IMG/VR virus record: IMGVR_UViG_3300036987_000161
Location: 1-32,779 of that record
Length of the DNA: 32,779 nucleotides
Origin: a virus
Taxonomy: Duplodnaviria; Caudoviricetes
Direction: 5' to 3' (one strand)
The notes below the pieces were generated by a model. That model had not been told where the DNA came from. It saw nothing but the letters and a program-made list of their open reading frames with translations, and made no database searches. Within the stretch, counting starts at the first letter, position 1, and every line of letters begins with the position of its first letter. Made by a program: the position numbers and the translations under genes. Below are positions 26,958 through 32,779 of the stretch, piece after piece.

Positions 26958-28340
26958 GTGACGATCCATAACACACCTTTGCCGCTGCGAATAGCCACTG
27001 CGGCGGCGTTCACTACCGGCGCCCTGGCCATCGTTCTGCAGGACATTTTGGACCTGCGCAGCATCCCGACGATGCTGGCCAATTGGACGCTGGTGCACAC
27101 TCTAGCCGTGCTCGCCGTCGTCGGTGTCACATTGACCGCCGAACTCGGATGGGACGCTCGCAAGTCGCAGCGTTACACCGTGGCGCGGGGGTTCATGATG
27201 GTGACGGTCGTCGGGCTCGGCCTCATCGTTTACAACAGCGTTGGTCGGCAGGCCGAGAACGCCAACGCGAAGCACGTCAGCGCTTCGGCGCACAACAAGT
27301 CCGTCGACGACGCAGCTGCGCGCTTGTCAAAGGCAGAGGCCGCGATGTCTGCGGCTGCGTCGGGAACGGCTGCACAACTTGTCGCCGCTAATGCCCGTGT
27401 CGCCTCAGCGGTAAAGGCCAAGGCAGACGCCGTCGCCGGCGCCATTGCCAATGCCTCGGCAAAGAACTGCGCGACCAAGTGCGCCGACTTGTTGAAGAAA
27501 GCGCAGGACGACGCAGAGCACGAACTGACGTTGGCTCGCGAAGCCGTAGCCAGCGGCGTCGCTGTTGCTGTGCGGGAAGCAAGGCAGGAACTGGCGGGCG
27601 CTAGAAACGCCGTCAACGATCTGGGCCCAGCCGTCGAGATCGCTACGGTTTCTGCGAAGGCGAAGCAGTGGGGCGAGACGCTCACGCTCATCGGCATTTC
27701 GCCGGCGACGACCGAGCGGTTCGCAAGCCGTCTAGAGTACATCTTCTGGACCCTGTTCTTCGAAATCGGCTCCATGGTTTCCTGGTGCTTTGTGCGTCAA
27801 CGTCCGCAGGAAACCATCGCAGCTACGGCAACCGTCGACGTCAAGGCAGCGGCGGTTGCTTTGCTCCAGAAGGCGGTTGCTTGGCTGCTCGGCGCCGAAA
27901 CGGCCCAGAAGGCAACCGAGGCAACCTCGGCAACCGTCGACGCCGAGTTGGCTCGGTTGAACAACCTGCGCGTCGCGTTCTTCGCTCCGGACAACGATCC
28001 TGACCCGCAGCCGACGCCGCCGGGCAACCGTCGACGCAAGCAACCGAAGTCGGAAACCAAGGCAACCGTGGCCAATCGCCAGTCGGCAACCGTGATCCCC
28101 CTGCATGCGGGCAACCGTGCGCAGAAGGTTTCCGAAGCCGAAGCCCTCAAGTGGCTGCGCGACTACACCGCCTCCAACGGTTGCCTGGACGAGCAGGACG
28201 CCATGGCCGAGGACCTGGACGTCAACAAGGGCTCGGTTTCCAAGTGGCTGGACAAGTGGGAGACCGAGGAGCTGATCGAACGTCAGCAAGTCGGACGCCG
28301 CAAGATCGTCCGGATGCTTCCCGCCAAGGCCTCCGCCTGA
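26958..28340 (+). CDS. Polytopic membrane protein: 3 TM + coiled coil with CxxxC + TM + linker + C-terminal winged HTH
   Basis: GTG at 26958 after AAGGA; three N-terminal hydrophobic segments; NCATKC in Ala-rich coiled coil; TM YIFWTLFFEIGSMVSWCFV; C-terminal QDAMAEDLDVNKGSVSKWLDKWETEELIER...GRRK HTH. Confidence 0.8.
   Translation: MTIHNTPLPLRIATAAAFTTGALAIVLQDILDLRSIPTMLANWTLVHTLAVLAVVGVTLTAELGWDARKSQRYTVARGFMMVTVVGLGLIVYNSVGRQAENANAKHVSASAHNKSVDDAAARLSKAEAAMSAAASGTAAQLVAANARVASAVKAKADAVAGAIANASAKNCATKCADLLKKAQDDAEHELTLAREAVASGVAVAVREARQELAGARNAVNDLGPAVEIATVSAKAKQWGETLTLIGISPATTERFASRLEYIFWTLFFEIGSMVSWCFVRQRPQETIAATATVDVKAAAVALLQKAVAWLLGAETAQKATEATSATVDAELARLNNLRVAFFAPDNDPDPQPTPPGNRRRKQPKSETKATVANRQSATVIPLHAGNRAQKVSEAEALKWLRDYTASNGCLDEQDAMAEDLDVNKGSVSKWLDKWETEELIERQQVGRRKIVRMLPAKASA
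27776..28241. repeat. Intragenic array of about 17 RG(C/A)AACC heptamers, both orientations
   Basis: Forward at 27809, 27827, 27911, 27920, 27929, 28023, 28039, 28052, 28061, 28085, 28110; reverse at 27776, 27854, 27875, 28127, 28179, 28235. Confidence 0.88.
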
Positions 28341-28368
28341 ACCGCCGAGGATCTCGGCATTAACACCG

Positions 28369-28402
28369 ACCCCGGCGCCGCCCAGCGCCGGGGTTTTTCT
28401 TT
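28369..28402 (+). terminator. Intrinsic terminator ending the plus-strand operon
   Basis: ACCCCGGCGC-6nt-GCGCCGGGGT-TTTTCTTT. Confidence 0.8.
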
Positions 28403-28428
28403 GGGCGCTGGACGCCTACATTAGCGCC

Positions 28429-29043
28429 GTGCCGCGTAGCCCGTTCATACCGCCGTCAGCGCCCGTTCTCCGTTCCGAGCCGCCGATCGGCCCGGAATGG
28501 CTGCACGAGGTGAAGCACGACGGCTGGCGTGCCCAGATACACCGGCACGGCGAGAAATCTGCGATCTACGGCAAGAACGGCGGTGACCTGACCGCACGAT
28601 TTCCGACGATCATCGCAGCCGTGGCGCGGCTCCCCATCCAGAGCGTCATCATCGACGCCGAACTCGTCGCCTGCACCGCCGACGGCAGGCCGAACTTTTA
28701 CGCCATGATGAGGCGGTCGCCACATGGCTGCTGCGTCTACTGCTTTGATCTGCTCGAGCTGGACGGCCAATCTCTGATGCCGCTGCCACTGGACATGCGG
28801 CGGCGGATGCTGGGCCGACTTTTGCGCCGCGCCGACAATGACGCTCTGCGGTTGTCCGAGACGTTTGACGATCCACTAGCCCTGCTAGCCGCCTGCGAGC
28901 AGCACGGGCTTGAGGGCATCGTTTCTAAGCGGCGCCAGGACGCCTATCGCTCAGGGCGAAACCGCGGCTGGATCAAGGTTAAAACGGCGGCTTGGAAAGT
29001 GGCGAACCGCGAGCGCTATAAGTTGTTCCAGACGACCCGCTAG
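28429..29043 (+). CDS. ATP-dependent DNA ligase, LigD-type adenylation domain only
   Basis: Motif I HEVKHDGWR, III IDAELV, IIIa CFDLLELDG, IV EGIVSKR, V WIKVK; ends about 20 aa later with no OB domain. Confidence 0.9.
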   Translation: MPRSPFIPPSAPVLRSEPPIGPEWLHEVKHDGWRAQIHRHGEKSAIYGKNGGDLTARFPTIIAAVARLPIQSVIIDAELVACTADGRPNFYAMMRRSPHGCCVYCFDLLELDGQSLMPLPLDMRRRMLGRLLRRADNDALRLSETFDDPLALLAACEQHGLEGIVSKRRQDAYRSGRNRGWIKVKTAAWKVANRERYKLFQTTR

Positions 29044-29267
29044 ACCTTGGGTTCCTCACTCCACCCCAACAGCTCCGGCAGTTTCGCGATGTTTGCCGCC
29101 ACTCGTCTGGCCTCGTCCCGGGTCAGTCGCTGCATGGCGTTGCGGCGTTGCTCGACGTCTTCGAAGTAGACGAATGCTAGGCTCTGATCGTTGGCCGCTT
29201 TGATCTCGAAGCTCTCGTCGTGTTCAAGCACACGCCACGGAGCTGGAAGGCGTCGCGGTGCCTGCAT
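29040..29267 (-). CDS. Conserved small alphaproteobacterial hypothetical protein
   Basis: RR.P.PW.V...ANDQSLAFVYFED...LTRDEARRVAANIAKLPELL; convergent with the ligase. Confidence 0.7.
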   Translation of the reverse strand: MQAPRRLPAPWRVLEHDESFEIKAANDQSLAFVYFEDVEQRRNAMQRLTRDEARRVAANIAKLPELLGWSEEPKV

Positions 29268-29269
29268 GA

Positions 29270-29482
29270 CTACAACTCGACTTTGGCGTCCTTCGCCAGT
29301 TCGCGACCAGCGTCAGTGATCGTGCAATGCACGATGTCAGGGCTCGTCTGGTCTGCCTGCAGCGTCACCAGGCCGGACTTTTCCAACCGGCGCGCGAGCA
29401 CGAGCTCGCCGCCGGCGAGCGGCAGATAACCGTCGGACCGCGCGGCGAGCCGCTGCAGCAGTGAAGCGATGTCAGATGCCAA
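29270..29482 (-). CDS. Small winged-helix-like protein
   Basis: TTG start after GGAGG; ARRLEKSGLV...ITDAGRE wing signature. Confidence 0.55.
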   Translation of the reverse strand: MASDIASLLQRLAARSDGYLPLAGGELVLARRLEKSGLVTLQADQTSPDIVHCTITDAGRELAKDAKVEL

Positions 29483-29516
29483 TTGAACCTCCCATGTTGG
29501 TGGCGAGTCGCAAATC

Positions 29517-29588
29517 ACCTAGCATCCAATCGCGCTAGCGTCTGTCGATGCTAGCAGTCGCCAATGCTAGCAACGTAGCGTGATATCA
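29517..29588. promoter_or_regulatory. Putative centromere/operator: five 8-bp palindromic units at exact 16-bp period
   Basis: ACCTAGCA 29517, CGCTAGCG 29533, TGCTAGCA 29549, TGCTAGCA 29565, TGATATCA 29581; ends 1 nt before the parA ATG. Confidence 0.8.
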
Positions 29589-29589
29589 G

Positions 29590-30276
29590 ATGCGCGTCAT
29601 ATCTGTCGTCTCCAGCAAGGGAGGCGTCGGCAAGACGACGATCTCCAGTGCGCTGGCCGTCCGTGCGGCTCAAGAAAGCCGCCGCGTCGCGATCGTCGAC
29701 CTTGATCCCATGGGATCGCTCGCCGCCTGGTGGAAACGCCGCGGCGGCAGCCAGAACCCCTGCATCTTCACTGGCGCGGACACGGCATCGGACGCTGTCG
29801 AAGCCCTTGAGCTAGACGGGTGGGACTGGGTCTTCATCGACACGCCGCCCGCCTTTCTCAACACGATCTCCGACGCGATCGATAATGCCGACCTCGCGGT
29901 CATCCCGTTGCGGGCGAGCGCCCTGGACCTCATTGCCAGCGAAGACGCGGTGCTCATGGCGCGTGACATAGCCAAGCGTCAGCGCGCCGAGGGCATGCAG
30001 CCTGTCGGGCACCTGTGCGTCCTCAATGATGCGGAACCTCGTTGGAAGACGACTGACACCGCACGCGAGTACCTCCTCAAGGGCGGCGTCCCCGTCGCGG
30101 AAACAGTGATCGCGCACCGGCAAGCCTACCTCGCCGCGATGACGTCCGGAAAGACAGGCCCGGAAGTTGATCGCGTTCGGGACGGCGACGAATCCCCGTC
30201 GGCACGAGAGATCAATCGGCTGTTCGCCGAGGTGAAGGCGCTCACCAAAAAACCGAGGAAAAGGGGTCGGCTATGA
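29590..30276 (+). CDS. parA: ParA (ParF-like, type Ib) partition ATPase
   Basis: Deviant Walker A SKGGVGKTT, A' IVDLDPMGS, Walker B VFIDTPP; no N-terminal HTH. Confidence 0.92.
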   Translation: MRVISVVSSKGGVGKTTISSALAVRAAQESRRVAIVDLDPMGSLAAWWKRRGGSQNPCIFTGADTASDAVEALELDGWDWVFIDTPPAFLNTISDAIDNADLAVIPLRASALDLIASEDAVLMARDIAKRQRAEGMQPVGHLCVLNDAEPRWKTTDTAREYLLKGGVPVAETVIAHRQAYLAAMTSGKTGPEVDRVRDGDESPSAREINRLFAEVKALTKKPRKRGRL

Positions 30277-30572
30277 AGGAATCCGACGATGGCGACGACG
30301 GGAGCGCGTTCTCCAACCTGCTAGGCGCGTTCGGAAGCCATGCGGATCCGGAGAAGCGCGCGCGGTCTGAGCGGTTCGCCGCCATGAAGGCACGTGACAA
30401 ACGCCGACGGCCGGGACCTGCGAGAACCGAGCAGTATAATGCCCGGATCACAGAGGCGAAGCTTGCGCTGGCCCACCGCATTACGGTCCAAACCGGATTG
30501 GGCAATGGCGATATCGTCGAGCAAGGCATCGATCTGGTTGCTGCAAAGCACGGAGTGCCACTCGATGCCTGA
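30273..30572 (+). CDS. ParG-like centromere-binding protein (flexible N-tail + RHH)
   Basis: ATGA overlap with parA; Arg-rich tail, then TEQYNARI strand and two helices (GDIVEQGIDLV). Confidence 0.7.
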   Translation: MKESDDGDDGSAFSNLLGAFGSHADPEKRARSERFAAMKARDKRRRPGPARTEQYNARITEAKLALAHRITVQTGLGNGDIVEQGIDLVAAKHGVPLDA

Positions 30573-31683
30573 CAAACTTCTGCGATGCCTCGTCGGCGTC
30601 GCCGGCGTGGCTGTCGTCGCGGCGGCGACTTATGCGAACGTGATGCATGCCGGCGGCGTGGACGCCAAAGAGACGCCGCTCATCATCGCGTTGGCCGCAT
30701 TGCTGATCATCGGCATGGCGTTCGCCATGGTCTCATGGATCGAAAAGCGCAAGGCGCAGGCATTGGTGCTGGGGCTTTGCCTTCTCTGCGGGGAAGCGTA
30801 TTGGGCGTTGGTCAACCTCGATCGCGAGGTGACCGATCGCGACGTCCGCGCCTACCCGATTATCGAGGCCCGCAAAACCCGCAACGAAGCCGTGCGCAGA
30901 GTCACCGAGGCAGAGGCAAAGGTGGCTGCCGTACCTACTACGTCAAGCCGGCTCAACACGGCGCTCGGCGCAAAGGCGGCGGTCGACGCGACGGTACTAA
31001 CCAAGAGCGCCGACTTGAACTGTCGCGTGAATTGCAAAGAGCTGCTGCAGGGACAGGTGAGAGACGCCCAGCGCGAGGTGGACGCTGCCCGTTCCGAACT
31101 CGAGGCTGAGAAGCAATCCGCCGAGCAAGCGATGAAGGCCGCGAAAGCGGCGCTGGAGAAGCTTCCAGACCCGCCGTCGGCCACCGCGCTTCCGGACCGT
31201 CTCGGCATCGCGCCGTGGCTCTGGGACCTCATTCTGGCGGGACTGCGCACCGCCGGGATCGTCGGCGGATCTCTTGCGCTGGGTTTCGCCATCCATCCGC
31301 GGCGCCAGAAAACCGAAACGTCTAAGCTGGCGGCACAAGAGGTCGCCGCGGCGCGGAACGAGCGAGCCCAGCGGCTGGAGGTGAGGCCGGTGCCGGCGAT
31401 AACGCACCAGATGGACGCGCGCGAGCGGCGCGAGCACGTCTCGCTTTTCCTCCACGAGACGATCCGGCCGGATGTGAACGGTAGCTTGTCGCTCGAAGCC
31501 CTGGCCGCGCGCTATTCGACCTGGTGCAAGTCAGGTGCGCTGCCATCGGAAACGCTCGGTGAGGAGCTGCGGGCGATATTCCATGCGTTGGACCTCCGGC
31601 TCGAGCCGCAGGGCCGTGACGTTGTGGTTCATGGCGCCAGCATCGCGCAGGCAATTGCCGGACCGAAGTCGTCAGCAGCCTGA
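30565..31683 (+). CDS. Polytopic membrane protein: 3 TM + coiled coil with CxxxC + TM + C-terminal D5/P4-alpha/RFX-like winged helix
   Basis: ATG at 30565 overlaps the parG-like stop; NCRVNC in coiled coil; C-terminal VSLFLHETI...LSLEALAARYSTWC...LGEELR...VVVHG. Confidence 0.75.
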   Translation: MPDKLLRCLVGVAGVAVVAAATYANVMHAGGVDAKETPLIIALAALLIIGMAFAMVSWIEKRKAQALVLGLCLLCGEAYWALVNLDREVTDRDVRAYPIIEARKTRNEAVRRVTEAEAKVAAVPTTSSRLNTALGAKAAVDATVLTKSADLNCRVNCKELLQGQVRDAQREVDAARSELEAEKQSAEQAMKAAKAALEKLPDPPSATALPDRLGIAPWLWDLILAGLRTAGIVGGSLALGFAIHPRRQKTETSKLAAQEVAAARNERAQRLEVRPVPAITHQMDARERREHVSLFLHETIRPDVNGSLSLEALAARYSTWCKSGALPSETLGEELRAIFHALDLRLEPQGRDVVVHGASIAQAIAGPKSSAA

Positions 31684-31744
31684 TATATTCCTGATGTGCC
31701 GAAATTGATGTTACGGTGGGTGCGTTTTGTAGAGGAGTATTACA

Positions 31745-32023
31745 ATGCTTAAAGCTGCAATTTTCTTATTCAGTGCGCTGTTAGCTACCGCTGCTGTTGC
31801 TGCAGAAATAAAGGTCGATGGCGACAAGACCGTCGAGGTCGATGCCCGGAAGGCAGAGAAGGGCTCCGGATACTCTGTGCTCTCGTCCAGCAAGGACCTT
31901 AAAATCCTCAGTCACACCGTGACGTGTTCCTGCTCGAATGGAACATCTGAGACCAAGAGCTGCCCCACGGTCTACTACACCTGCGACTGCACTGGATCGA
32001 GCGCTAAGCTAACCTGCAACTGA
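31745..32023 (+). CDS. Small secreted Cys-rich protein
   Basis: GAGGAG RBS in an AT-rich leader; Sec signal peptide (..AVA-AE); 6 Cys in the last 32 aa. Confidence 0.75.
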   Translation: MLKAAIFLFSALLATAAVAAEIKVDGDKTVEVDARKAEKGSGYSVLSSSKDLKILSHTVTCSCSNGTSETKSCPTVYYTCDCTGSSAKLTCN

Positions 32024-32041
32024 TACCGCGGTTGGTGACGG

Positions 32042-32311
32042 TCATGTCCGATCTTTATTTGCAATCGCAGCCGCCATGGCCGTCACCAAAGAATTGTACT
32101 CTCGCTTCGATACGCGATCGCCGACGCTGGCCCTGAACAGGCGAGCGTCGCGCCATGCAGCGAACCGGCCGCAGGTCGAGCGCCACACATACGAATTGTC
32201 TGCCGTAACCCAGCACTCGAAGATCGTGTCGCCAAGCTTGAAAGCCGACACGGTCGACTTGCGTTCGCGCATCTCGGGTGGCTGCTCGAAGATGTCGAAT
32301 TGCCCGGTCAT
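32042..32311 (-). CDS. Hypothetical phage protein
   Basis: 89 aa; ATGA coupling to upstream ORF. Confidence 0.55.
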   Translation of the reverse strand: MTGQFDIFEQPPEMRERKSTVSAFKLGDTIFECWVTADNSYVWRSTCGRFAAWRDARLFRASVGDRVSKREYNSLVTAMAAAIANKDRT

Positions 32312-32604
32312 CTGGCGCCTTTGCCGAACCGCCGGCCTGTCAGAGGAACGTCGCGCCGTAACGCGGTGCCGTGCAGATAGCCGTCGGTGATCGCGACCCC
32401 AATTGGTCCCAGCCAGCGCATGATGCGGTCGACACGCGCGCGCCTACGCTGCGGAGTCCACACGTCATGGAACAGCAGCGGCTGGCCGCGGACCAACTTC
32501 ATCCGAATCCGGATGGCGACGAGCGTCTGAAGATCGAATGTCATGTGGCACCGGCGAGAGAGGAACTGCGGGCGGCCCACCTGGGCCGCCCGCGGCGAAG
32601 GCAT
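32308..32604 (-). CDS. Hypothetical phage protein
   Basis: TGATG coupling at 32604 (alternative ATG at 32544). Confidence 0.4.
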   Translation of the reverse strand: MPSPRAAQVGRPQFLSRRCHMTFDLQTLVAIRIRMKLVRGQPLLFHDVWTPQRRRARVDRIMRWLGPIGVAITDGYLHGTALRRDVPLTGRRFGKGAR

Positions 32605-32779
32605 CAGGCCGCTTTGCGCGACTTCTGCTTCCTCGGCTGTTGCCCGATCAGAGCGTAGTCGGGATGCCGGAGTCGGTCCGGTAGCCAACCGGTTTCCTGA
32701 GCTTTCTTCGCGGCGGCGTCGACGAGGTCGTCCTTGCGGCCGCCGCGGATTCCGGTCTCGCCCATCTCATGCAGGGCGT
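32604..32779 (-). CDS. C-terminus of a ParB/RepB/Spo0J-family protein (start beyond window)
   Basis: Not in the ORF track. Reads ALHEMG...KDDLVDAAAKKAQETGWLPDRLRHPDY; the GWLPxxLR motif is typical of the C-terminus of long plasmid-type ParB proteins. Confidence 0.55.
   Translation of the reverse strand, partial: ALHEMGETGIRGGRKDDLVDAAAKKAQETGWLPDRLRHPDYALIGQQPRKQKSRKAA

Larger units (their letters stand above)
1..32779. mobile_element. Temperate tailed phage (prophage or phage-plasmid) segment, siphovirus-like morphogenesis
   Basis: Complete head-neck-tail gene order on the minus strand, par cassette, no host housekeeping genes; both ends of the window lie inside phage genes. Confidence 0.93.

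Noticed and set aside
27776-28241. Repeats explained by protein low complexity (Ala-Thr repeats)
   Set aside because: The same motif occurs in all three frames and on both strands, so codon repetition alone cannot explain it
28400-28480. LexA (GTTC-N7-GTTC) box for the ligase
   Set aside because: GTTC copies are present but not at the required spacing
32764-32776. Fifth copy of the start-associated motif on the minus strand (GCCCTGCATGAGA)
   Set aside because: Three mismatches and inside the ParB-like coding frame; probably chance

Overview
A GC-rich temperate tailed phage (siphovirus-like), probably of an alphaproteobacterial host. No integrase, att site or host gene is visible in the window. 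Positions 1-24963 are a minus-strand late operon, read right to left: DUF6456-like regulator, ParB-fused DNA methyltransferase, HTH-metallopeptidase, TerS/TerL, HK97-type portal/protease/capsid, neck genes, a frameshifted Mu-F-like gene, tail tube, G/GT chaperones, tape measure, tail tip and fibres. Two opposite-strand morons interrupt it. Positions ~25260-32020 are a mostly plus-strand accessory island and the most interesting part. It holds a divergent RHH-repressor switch, short genes preceded by a repeated hairpin+ACCCTGCGARAGA element, a minimal ATP-dependent ligase, and a type Ib ParA/ParG-like cassette with a 16-bp-periodic palindrome array. It also encodes two paralogous 4-TM coiled-coil proteins ending in different DNA-binding domains. 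One of these genes carries about 17 copies of a 7-bp motif (RG[C/A]AACC) in all reading frames and both orientations; the other is translationally coupled to the par cassette. Together they suggest a possibly undescribed membrane-tethered DNA anchoring or segregation system of a phage-plasmid. All protein family calls come from recognised motifs and synteny, not database searches.
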